Positions 47,691 to 55,296 of a DNA stretch of 64,000 nt are shown here, in pieces. The first letter of the stretch is position 1; every line of letters begins with the position of its first letter. This DNA comes from Gemmatimonadales bacterium. GTDB lineage: Bacteria; Gemmatimonadota; Gemmatimonadetes; Gemmatimonadales; GWC2-71-9. Both the position numbers and the translations under genes were made by a program. The DNA is taken from assembly GCA_036397755.1 (NCBI GenBank), contig DASWII010000072.1:34883-98882 (forward strand), in the 5' to 3' direction. The notes beneath the pieces are model-generated. The model ran no database searches. It was given only the letters and a program-made list of their open reading frames with translations, and was not told where the DNA came from.

Positions 47691-47847
47691 TCGTGGATCG
47701 CCACGCCATCGTCGTCACTGCATCCGATGCCGCCGGGGACGCGCGCGCGCACCGGATCGAGCAGGTGGCGCGCACCGGCCGACCCCGGGACGGCAAGGTG
47801 TTCATTGTGCCGCTGGAGGCGCCGTGCGCATCGCAACGGGTGCCATC

Positions 47848-48558
47848 TCACGAGTCCTCCTCCATCGGCGGCGGGTCGAGGGAAACGAACGAGAGCGTGC
47901 GCCGACCGCGAACGGATGCCGCGAACGCGTCAACCGCAACGGGGTCGAGAACGCTCCCCGCGATTTCCTCCAGCCGTTCGATTGCTTCAGCCTCGCTGAA
48001 CGTGTTCTGGTAGGGTCGCTCGGTCGTGAGCGCATCGTAGACTTCGGCGACGTGAATCACGCGAGCCCCGACGGGAATGGCGTCTCCCGCCAGCCCGTCG
48101 GGATACCCCGCACCATCCCAACGTTCGTGATGCCCCTTCACCGCCTGGATGACGGGGCTCAACTGCGTCAACGGCGCGAGGATGTGCACCCCGATCTCGA
48201 CATGCCGCTTCACGTGCTCGTACTCATCTCGGGTCAACCGGCCCGCCTTATCCAGCACCGACTCTCGGATGCCGATCATCCCCAGGTCGTGCAGCCGCCC
48301 GGCGGTACGAACCAAGTCCACCTCAGCATCCGCCAGGCCCAGTTCCGTAGCGATGGTGGCCGCATATGCCGAGACGCGGGACGAGTGGCCCGCGAGGCTC
48401 CCGCTCTTCGCTTCGAGCGCGTGGACAAGCGCCTCGAGCACCGCGACAGTGAGCCGCTCCTCGCCACTCCCTGGTCCACCCATAGGCAATCGGTCCCGAC
48501 GCGGGCCCTCACTGCCTGGCGAGATGTGACCTGGCTGCTGATTCTCGCTGTCTGCCAT
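47848..48558 (-). CDS. HD-GYP domain c-di-GMP phosphodiesterase-type protein
   Basis: HSSRVS, RLHDLGMIG (HD) and GHHERWDGAGYPDGL (HHExxDGxGYP) motifs are present. Confidence 0.88.
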   Translation of the reverse strand: MADSENQQPGHISPGSEGPRRDRLPMGGPGSGEERLTVAVLEALVHALEAKSGSLAGHSSRVSAYAATIATELGLADAEVDLVRTAGRLHDLGMIGIRESVLDKAGRLTRDEYEHVKRHVEIGVHILAPLTQLSPVIQAVKGHHERWDGAGYPDGLAGDAIPVGARVIHVAEVYDALTTERPYQNTFSEAEAIERLEEIAGSVLDPVAVDAFAASVRGRRTLSFVSLDPPPMEEDS

Positions 48559-48612
48559 CGATACCCCCGCGATTCAGCGTTGCGCCCCCCGTAACCACCA
48601 CCGCGCCCGTCC

Positions 48613-49422
48613 TCACAGCACCCGCACCCGCCGAACGCCGGTGACGCCCTCTCCACCCAACAGGTTTCGCCGGACCACAGCCACCGCCGCGGACCGTGAC
48701 AGCTCAATGCGCAGGTCCGCCGGCGCGAGACCAAACACCCTCTTGGTGGCGGCCGAGAGCGAACGGCTCTTGGCGTAGCCGAGCTTCATCGACACGTCCT
48801 CCACGCGGTAACCCGGGTCGAGCAAGAGGCGGTGAGCGTACAGCGCCCGAAGCTGCGTCAGGACGTCGTTCGGCGGAGGCAGGCCCGAGCGCGCGAACCA
48901 CCGCCCGCACGTGCGACGGTCCATTCGCGCGTGACGCGCCAATTCCTGAACCGTGCGAATTTCGGCCGGCTGGCGGAACACCCGTTCGACAGCCCAGCGC
49001 AGGTCGGCGGGTGTGTCGCCCAGCATGTCCTGCACTTCTTGCGAGAGCAGCTGTGAGACCGACCGGGCCGATTCGGCTTGCAGCACCTCACGCAGGCGCT
49101 CGGGATCGTCGTCATGGTCGGCGACGATCACCTCGCGCACACCGAGCGCGCCGAGCTCCAGCAACACCGTGGCGAGCGTGGAGTGCAGCCGCGCGTACAG
49201 CACGATCGGGAGGGACGGAAAGCTCGCGTGAATCTGCCCGATGTCATGCGCGCGCGGAACGCCCTCGAGCCCCGGGTCGATCACGGCCACCTCCACCGGC
49301 CGGGTGCGAATGGTCACCAGGGTCTCAGACCAGCTGTGACACTGAGCCACGACGAACCGATGTCCCACCGCCGCCTCCAGGCGGCGGGCACATGGGGTCG
49401 GTATTGCGGCAAGAATCAGCAC
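48613..49422 (-). CDS. AraC-family transcriptional regulator with an N-terminal receiver-like domain
   Basis: The N-terminal 120 aa have a beta-alpha REC-like pattern (MLILAA..., VAVIDPGLEG) but lack the acidic pocket near the N-terminus. The C-terminus is an AraC-type HTH (VEDVSMKLGYAKSRSLSAATKRVFGLAPADLR). The GTG start at 49422 abuts the 41-nt element. Confidence 0.85.
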   Translation of the reverse strand: MLILAAIPTPCARRLEAAVGHRFVVAQCHSWSETLVTIRTRPVEVAVIDPGLEGVPRAHDIGQIHASFPSLPIVLYARLHSTLATVLLELGALGVREVIVADHDDDPERLREVLQAESARSVSQLLSQEVQDMLGDTPADLRWAVERVFRQPAEIRTVQELARHARMDRRTCGRWFARSGLPPPNDVLTQLRALYAHRLLLDPGYRVEDVSMKLGYAKSRSLSAATKRVFGLAPADLRIELSRSAAVAVVRRNLLGGEGVTGVRRVRVL

Positions 49423-49461
49423 AAGTGTCCCAAATACGTAGGGTGATGCCCCAAAAAGGGC
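49421..49461. promoter_or_regulatory. 41-nt conserved element, copy A (direct repeats TGTCCCAAA and TGCCCCAAA, 21 bp apart)
   Basis: ACAAGTGTCCCAAATACGTAGGGTGATGCCCCAAAAAGGGC matches copy B at 51009-51049 at 33 of 41 ungapped positions. It lies in the divergent region between the AraC-like gene and the small lipoprotein ORF. Confidence 0.6.
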
Positions 49462-49533
49462 CTAACGCACTGCCATTGCACCGCGAGATTTGAGGGGTCC
49501 ACATCAACCCCAACACCGTCGCGGAGGAATCCC

Positions 49534-49698
49534 ATGTCACGCCGCCTATCCCAACTCACCGTCGCGTTCGTCTGCGCAGTGGCGCTCTCGGCCTGCCAGC
49601 CCGTTACCGGTCCGACGCTCGCTGACGACGACACCACGATGCCCACACCCGATCTCGGCGAGTGCGGACGGAGCTACCAGGGCTCCGGCACCTGCTGA
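49534..49698 (+). CDS. 54-aa lipoprotein-type precursor (small secreted Cys-containing peptide), absent from the ORF track
   Basis: GGAGGA (49523-49528) lies 5 nt before the ATG. The translation is MSRRLSQLTVAFVCAVALSAC|QPVTGPTLADDDTTMPTPDLGECGRSYQGSGTC, with an LSAC lipobox. Third-position GC is about 80%. The 3' end overlaps the TPR gene by 25 nt (convergent). Confidence 0.55.
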   Translation: MSRRLSQLTVAFVCAVALSACQPVTGPTLADDDTTMPTPDLGECGRSYQGSGTC

Positions 49699-50918
49699 TC
49701 GATCCGGCTTCGTAAGTCACTCAGGAGCCGGGCGACCTCCAGGACCTCGTCCGGCTCCTCGGGTGAACGCATCGCCGGTTCCCTGCCTACCACCGCATCC
49801 GCCCGCACGCGCTCGAGCAGCGACTCAGCACGGAACAGGGATTCGCCCAGCCGATGATGTTGGGCCTGCTCGATTGCAACGGTCAGGTGTTGTTCCGCCT
49901 CGTCGGGTCGACCCGCGAGCGCCATTCCATTCCCAAGCACGATCTCGAACTCCACCGCCGTCTCGGGCGTCAGGCGATCCCGGCAGGTTTCAATGGCCGA
50001 GCGCCATTGGCGGAAGGCCGCTTCGTCGGCCCGCACCGCCGCCAGGTCGAGCAATTCGAGCATCGTCGGCACTTCCATCTCAAGGCCGATCGAGCCGGCA
50101 AGGACCACGGCAAAAGCGTCTTCCGCCGCGGCGTGGTATCCCAAATGCCTGAGCATCGTCCCGAGGTCCGATAGTGCGCGGAGTCTTCGCGGCTCCTCTC
50201 CATGCAGCTCAGACGCCCGGAACGCCAATGGGATGGCCTCGACAAACCGTTCACGCAGAGCCAGGGCGACCGCGAGATCGTGAGACGCCCGGGCCTCGGC
50301 ATCCACGTCGCTCGCCATTCGCGCGTCGGCGAGCACCGTTCTGAGAACTCGCTCGGACTCCGGAAGGTTGCCAAGCTTCTGATGCACGATAGCACAACCG
50401 ATACGACTGAGCCGCTCATTGTGCGCGTCCCCGACTTCCGAGGCGAGCGCCCCCGCGGCGGCGTACGTCGCGCCCGCTCGCTCATGATCCCCGACCAGGC
50501 GGCGTAAGCGCGCCAGCTGCATGAGCACGCCTACACGGAGCTCGGTCTCGTTCGCCGATAGACGCTCAACTGTTTCAACGAGGTCCACTGCCTCCGGCAG
50601 GCGCAGTTCGCATTCCAGCCAGAATGCATAGTCGAGCGCAGCCGGGACGACGGCGGCGCGGCATCGTTCCGGACTCGCCGGATCGACCGCCTCCGCCACT
50701 GCCGCGATCCGCGTGGTTTCGGGAAGGGAATCTCCCACCTCTCGCAGGTAGCCGAGGAGCCCCCGCTGCTGGTAGGCAATCGCATCGGCACTCGGGCTTG
50801 GCTGTCGCGCCAGTCTCGTGAGCAAGCGAGTGAGCAGAAAACCGCCGAGCGCGGCGTCGGCCTGAGGACGTTGGTCGATCTCCACGACGTGCTCGAGAAA
50901 CGGGGTGTGCATCTGCAT
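49674..50918 (-). CDS. TPR-like all-helical protein (414 aa)
   Basis: ATG at 50918 is preceded by GGAGGAAAG (50923-50931). The sequence is a repetitive Ala/Leu/Arg-rich helical hairpin, consistent with TPR-like repeats (e.g. GDHERAGATYAAAGALASEVGD, LGNLPESERVLRTVLA). The track extension to 51167 has low third-position GC. Confidence 0.72.
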   Translation of the reverse strand: MQMHTPFLEHVVEIDQRPQADAALGGFLLTRLLTRLARQPSPSADAIAYQQRGLLGYLREVGDSLPETTRIAAVAEAVDPASPERCRAAVVPAALDYAFWLECELRLPEAVDLVETVERLSANETELRVGVLMQLARLRRLVGDHERAGATYAAAGALASEVGDAHNERLSRIGCAIVHQKLGNLPESERVLRTVLADARMASDVDAEARASHDLAVALALRERFVEAIPLAFRASELHGEEPRRLRALSDLGTMLRHLGYHAAAEDAFAVVLAGSIGLEMEVPTMLELLDLAAVRADEAAFRQWRSAIETCRDRLTPETAVEFEIVLGNGMALAGRPDEAEQHLTVAIEQAQHHRLGESLFRAESLLERVRADAVVGREPAMRSPEEPDEVLEVARLLSDLRSRIDQQVPEPW

Positions 50919-51008
50919 CGCGCTTTCCTCCGACGGGGCGTGGCCCCATTGTTGTGAGTTGGAGGAAAACTGGCAAGAGGCAACCGGGCAGATTTCGCCA
51001 ATCTCCCG

Positions 51009-51049
51009 ACAAATGTCCCAAATGCTGTAGGTCGTGCCCCAAAAAGGGC
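51009..51049. promoter_or_regulatory. 41-nt conserved element, copy B
   Basis: ACAAATGTCCCAAATGCTGTAGGTCGTGCCCCAAAAAGGGC has the same orientation as copy A. It lies in the divergent region between the TPR gene (start 50918) and the zf-UBP gene (start 51135). Confidence 0.6.
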
Positions 51050-51134
51050 ATATGCGAGCGCGTGAATCGCGCACGTGCATGGGTTGGCTTGACGCGGATC
51101 TCCCGCGACTGGTCTCACCGCTCGTAACTTCGGA

Positions 51135-51425
51135 ATGGAGCGCGCATCGGTGATTCCTTGCGATCACTCGACGACGACGCCGGCACCGGAGCCATCAGCC
51201 GCTGGCTGCGTGGTGTGTCTCGCGAGCGGAGGTACGTGGGTCACACTCCGACTATGCCGGACATGCGGTCACATCGGGTGCTGTGACAACTCGCCCGGGA
51301 AGCATGCCACCGCCCACTATCACGAGACCGGACACCCGGTGATACAGTCGTTCCAGCCAGGCGAGACGTGGGGATGGTGCTACCTCCACGGAGAGGAGCT
51401 GGGCCCCTACACGCCGCTAGTCTGA
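51135..51425 (+). CDS. UBP-type zinc-finger domain protein (96 aa)
   Basis: CVVCLASGGTWVTLRLCRTCGHIGCCDNSPGKHATAHYHETGHPV...WGWCY matches the zf-UBP Cys/His pattern found in small bacterial proteins. Confidence 0.85.
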   Translation: MERASVIPCDHSTTTPAPEPSAAGCVVCLASGGTWVTLRLCRTCGHIGCCDNSPGKHATAHYHETGHPVIQSFQPGETWGWCYLHGEELGPYTPLV

Positions 51426-51513
51426 TCCCGGCGGCGGCGGGCTCCCTCCCATAAGCTCGCACGCGGGGATAGGTTGCGAGACTCTCCGGCTTGCTTTCAC
51501 AACGCCAGGATTC

Positions 51514-53775
51514 ATGCCCCACCCTTCTCGCCGCGACTTCGTGTGGACGTCAGCAGCGGGCATCGCCGCGGCGATGGCCGGTGGCCGAGTGCCGGTCGCC
51601 CCGCGCGTCACGGCCACACCCATGCCATTCTACGGTCACCCGGAGGGCGCCACCACCCTGATTCGATTCCGAGTGACCGAACTGGCCGCGCCGGCCGGTC
51701 GCCTCCGCGTCTACGACACCGGACGGCGACTGCTCGGAACGGCGGGCGTACTCAACACGGGGACGGAACTCGTGGGCGAGCTGTGGCTGGCCCTCCCACG
51801 AAGTACGGCCGTCGTCACCGAGCTCGAGGCCCCCGGAATCCGAGGCATCCACCGCACCTCGCACCGCCTCATGCCACCCCCCAAGTGGACGGCGTACTGG
51901 CTGGCGGTCGTCGACCCGCGGGAACTGGAGCGGCAACTGGGCGCGATGGCACCGGTCGCACAGGCAGTGCGGTCCGGCGTGCTGCGAAACGCCGGACTGG
52001 TCGTCAATCCCCGCGTCAAGACCGCCGACGACGCCCGCGATCATGTGCGCTTCTTGCGACAGGGTCAGGACGCCATTCGTGTCCAGCGCACACTTGGGAT
52101 CCCAGTGAGCCCCGTGGCCTGGGTGGCGACGGGCGTGCCGCCCGTCCGCGTGCTCGCCGCTCTCGCAGGCTCGGGAGTCACCGCGCTGGCGCACCCGGCG
52201 CAGGACGCGACGGTCGAGGCGATTCGACTCCGCGACGGCACCGCGTTGCTCGTGGTGGGCGTCCCTCCGCAAGCATGGGGCGCCGAGACGGGCATGCAGA
52301 CCAACGTCGCGGCGATGGAGCAACGCATCGGAGGGTGGCTCGCCGCGCGATCCGTCGAGGACGGGCCTGTCGACCGGACGGTGATGCTGGTGAGCGACGA
52401 TCTGGAATCGGCCGTGCAGTCGCGCGCGAACATCGACGAGTGGAACCGCCGATACGCCTACCCCCGGTTCGTGATCGGCGCGCCGGAGCCGCGGCACTTC
52501 CCCAGCGCGCCCGTCGCCTCCGTTCCCAACACCACCGATCCGGTCATCCCGGACATCCCCACGCGCAATGACGTCGCCCGAGCAGACGCCGAGCGCCGGC
52601 TCCAGCACGTCCTGGCTGTCTTTGCGCCCCTCGCGCAGGCGCTTGGCGGCTCCACCGCCGGCGGCCTGGACACCATCGCCGCGGCCATCGGTTCGGCGAT
52701 GCCGGGAACCGTGGTGTTCAACCCGTCCCCGTTCGCACGTACGGACCACCTTCCGCGGTCGGACGGGAGCTACGTGCTGGCAACGGATGTTCCCCCCCTG
52801 GGCTACGCCTACCTCGTGGATACGCCCGACGTGCTTCGTCCGTCGCCGCTGCGGGACGTTACCCCAGCGCTCGTGGCCGACACGGCCGGCGTCTCGCTCG
52901 AACTCCATGCAGGCACGGGCGCCATCGCGTCCATCCTCGACGCCGAGGGCACGCAGTGGGTCGGGACCGGTCTCAACGAGGTGCGGGGGTCGAATCTCGA
53001 GCGAGTTCAGCGGCAGGAGCTCCCGCAGGTTGGCGTGCGGATCGTTCTCCACCGCACCGCGCCGATGGTGGGAGCGTTCATCACGACCATCACCCTGTAC
53101 GACGCCCGCCCGTGGGTGGATGTCGTCAACGATTTCGACGTGGTATCGGGCGCGGCGCCTGAGGTCCGTTTTCATTTCGGCGCTGCTCCGGCCCAGGTCA
53201 TGTGGGAGGTGCCGGGAGGTGTGGAGGCGCGGGCCGCTCCCGTTCCGGCGGCGGAGCACCTTCGTTGGGTGCACTTCGTGGGCGCCCAGAACGTGTTCTT
53301 CCGAGCGCTCGACGCACCGTGGTTTTCGGTCGGTGACGACGGCGCGCTGATCAGCCACGCGCCGTCGGGCGTGTCCCGCTATCGCTTTGCCAGCGATACG
53401 CTCCCGGCCACGGCCGCTCACGCCGCGCGTGTGGGATGGAGTGCCGAGCCGCTCGTCGCGGCTCCGGCACGCGGGGGCGACGGCCCGCTGCCTCGGTGGG
53501 GGTCCCTGTTCCAACTCGACCAGTCCGGCGCGGCCGTCGTGGGGGTGACCGACTCGGACGAGCACGGGGTTACGCTGTTCATCCAGGAGCTGTCGGGCAC
53601 GGGCCGCACGTTGTCCCTTGGTGGCGAGCTGCTGCAGTTTCGCTCGGGCGAAGTCGTGGACTTCATGGATCGAACCATCCCCGGCGCGGCATCACGCGTG
53701 CGCGACGGGGTTACCTTCCCGATTCGGGGACACGGCTTCACGGCTCTCCGCTTGTCGGGACTGACGGTTCGCTGA
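51514..53775 (+). CDS. Tat-exported 753-aa protein of unknown function (possible GH38-like beta-sandwich C-terminal region)
   Basis: The N-terminus has the twin-arginine signal SRRDFVWTSAAGIAAAMAG. The composition is protein-like, whereas the antisense ORF is Arg-rich. Weak by-eye resemblance to alpha-mannosidase C-terminal domains only. Confidence 0.7.
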   Translation: MPHPSRRDFVWTSAAGIAAAMAGGRVPVAPRVTATPMPFYGHPEGATTLIRFRVTELAAPAGRLRVYDTGRRLLGTAGVLNTGTELVGELWLALPRSTAVVTELEAPGIRGIHRTSHRLMPPPKWTAYWLAVVDPRELERQLGAMAPVAQAVRSGVLRNAGLVVNPRVKTADDARDHVRFLRQGQDAIRVQRTLGIPVSPVAWVATGVPPVRVLAALAGSGVTALAHPAQDATVEAIRLRDGTALLVVGVPPQAWGAETGMQTNVAAMEQRIGGWLAARSVEDGPVDRTVMLVSDDLESAVQSRANIDEWNRRYAYPRFVIGAPEPRHFPSAPVASVPNTTDPVIPDIPTRNDVARADAERRLQHVLAVFAPLAQALGGSTAGGLDTIAAAIGSAMPGTVVFNPSPFARTDHLPRSDGSYVLATDVPPLGYAYLVDTPDVLRPSPLRDVTPALVADTAGVSLELHAGTGAIASILDAEGTQWVGTGLNEVRGSNLERVQRQELPQVGVRIVLHRTAPMVGAFITTITLYDARPWVDVVNDFDVVSGAAPEVRFHFGAAPAQVMWEVPGGVEARAAPVPAAEHLRWVHFVGAQNVFFRALDAPWFSVGDDGALISHAPSGVSRYRFASDTLPATAAHAARVGWSAEPLVAAPARGGDGPLPRWGSLFQLDQSGAAVVGVTDSDEHGVTLFIQELSGTGRTLSLGGELLQFRSGEVVDFMDRTIPGAASRVRDGVTFPIRGHGFTALRLSGLTVR

Positions 53776-53814
53776 GGGTTGAACGGCCCCTGACCGCAAG
53801 GGTATATCTCCAGC

Positions 53815-55281
53815 ATGCGCAAACCCCGCACGCTCGGCGATCTCAAACAGTCTGAGTGGGCCGACCCACGCGTGTACCAGCGTTCGGTCAAAGACGAGCT
53901 TCGCAACAACCTGGTCGCCCGCCTGGAGTCCGGACAGGACGTCTTCGACGACGTGATCGGGTACGAGCATTCCGTCATCCCGCAGATCGTGAACGCGGTG
54001 CTGTCGCGGCACAACTTCATTCTGCTGGGATTGCGTGGGCAGGCGAAGAGCCGCATCCTCAGGGCCCTGGTCGGGTTGCTCGACGAGGCACTGCCGGTCA
54101 TCGCGGGGAGTGAGGTGAACGACAACCCGTTCGCACCCATCTCCAAGTTCGGGCGCCAGCGCATCGAGGAATGTGGCGACGCCACCGCCATCGACTGGGT
54201 CGGGCGCGATCACCGCTACGTCGAGAAGCTCGCGACGCCGGACGTTACCATCGCGGACATCATCGGCGACGTGGACCCCATCAAAGCCGTCCGTGGCGGT
54301 CACCTGCTGTCGGACGAACTCACGATCCATTACGGACTGCTCCCGCGCAGCAATCGCGGCATCTTCTCGATCAACGAGCTGCCGGATCTCGCGGGCAAGA
54401 TCCAGGTTGGGCTGTTCAACATCATGCAAGAGGGTGACGTACAGATCCGCGGCTACCCGATCCGCCTGGCGCTCGACGTGATGCTCGTGTTCTCCGCCAA
54501 TCCCGAGGATTACACGGCGCGCGGCAAGATCATCACGCCACTCAAGGACCGCATCGGCAGTGAGGTCATGACGCACTACCCGCGGTCGCTCGATCTCGGC
54601 ATGTCGATCACCGCGCAGGAAGCGTGGACCGACCGTGGGGGTCGCGCCGTGAAGATTCCCACGTTCATCCGGGAGGTCGTCGAGCGGGTGGCGTTCTGCG
54701 CGCGGCAGGAGAAACGCGTGGATCGCCGTTCGGGCGTGAGCCAGCGGCTTCCCATCACGATGCTGGAGAACGTGCTGTCGAGCGCCGAGCAGCGAGCCGT
54801 GTCCACGAAGGAGAAGCGCGTCGTGCCGCGCATCGCCGATGTGTATGCGGCGTTGCCGGCCGTGACGGGCAAGATCGAACTGGAATACGAGGGGGAGTTG
54901 TACGGAGCGGAACGCGTCGCGCTCGACCTGGTGCATCGCGCCATCGGCGAGACTTTCGAAGCACATGTCGCCGGTATCGACTGCGACGAGGCGGTGCTGT
55001 GGTTCGACGAAGGGGCCGCGCTGAAGGTCCCCCTGCACGAGCGCGCCGATGCCTGCCTCAAGGCGTTCAGCGCCGTGCCGGGGCTGCTGGACATCGTGGA
55101 CAAGGCCGGGCTCGCGCGGGGCAAGGACCCGGCGACGCTGGTCAGCGCATGCGAGTTGGTGCTCGAGGGGCTGGTGGCCCACCGCCGGATTGCACGCAAC
55201 GAGGAGTTGGGCTACGTGCGGTCTCGCCCCGAGCGGCCGGGGCACGGCGGGCCGAGCGCTTCCCACCCTCATCTCTTGTAG
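53815..55281 (+). CDS. BchI/ChlI-like AAA+ ATPase (Mg-chelatase-like family)
   Basis: The Walker A region is degenerate (ILLGLRGQAKS). The Walker B/sensor region is RGIFSINELPDL, and the layout is that of the Mg-chelatase-like ATPases that usually pair with a vWA protein. Confidence 0.78.
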   Translation: MRKPRTLGDLKQSEWADPRVYQRSVKDELRNNLVARLESGQDVFDDVIGYEHSVIPQIVNAVLSRHNFILLGLRGQAKSRILRALVGLLDEALPVIAGSEVNDNPFAPISKFGRQRIEECGDATAIDWVGRDHRYVEKLATPDVTIADIIGDVDPIKAVRGGHLLSDELTIHYGLLPRSNRGIFSINELPDLAGKIQVGLFNIMQEGDVQIRGYPIRLALDVMLVFSANPEDYTARGKIITPLKDRIGSEVMTHYPRSLDLGMSITAQEAWTDRGGRAVKIPTFIREVVERVAFCARQEKRVDRRSGVSQRLPITMLENVLSSAEQRAVSTKEKRVVPRIADVYAALPAVTGKIELEYEGELYGAERVALDLVHRAIGETFEAHVAGIDCDEAVLWFDEGAALKVPLHERADACLKAFSAVPGLLDIVDKAGLARGKDPATLVSACELVLEGLVAHRRIARNEELGYVRSRPERPGHGGPSASHPHLL

Positions 55282-55296
55282 ACGTCAGGAGACCGC

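Noticed and set aside
51009-51049. Possible sigma-54 (-24 GG / -12 GC) or Bacteroidetes-type (TTTG / TAnnTTTG) promoter inside the 41-nt element.
   Set aside because: The GG-to-GC spacing is 11 rather than 10 nt in copy B, and there is no GC at the right position in copy A. The four bases before TTTG do not fit TAnn in either copy.
50919-51167. 83-codon in-frame extension upstream of the TPR gene. A 57-codon plus-strand frame across copy B also encodes a Cys-rich string (DKCPKCCRSCPKKGIC).
   Set aside because: Both have low third-position GC and no RBS. The equivalent frame at copy A is broken by a TGA and a length difference. The conservation between the copies is at the nucleotide level, so the element is treated as non-coding.
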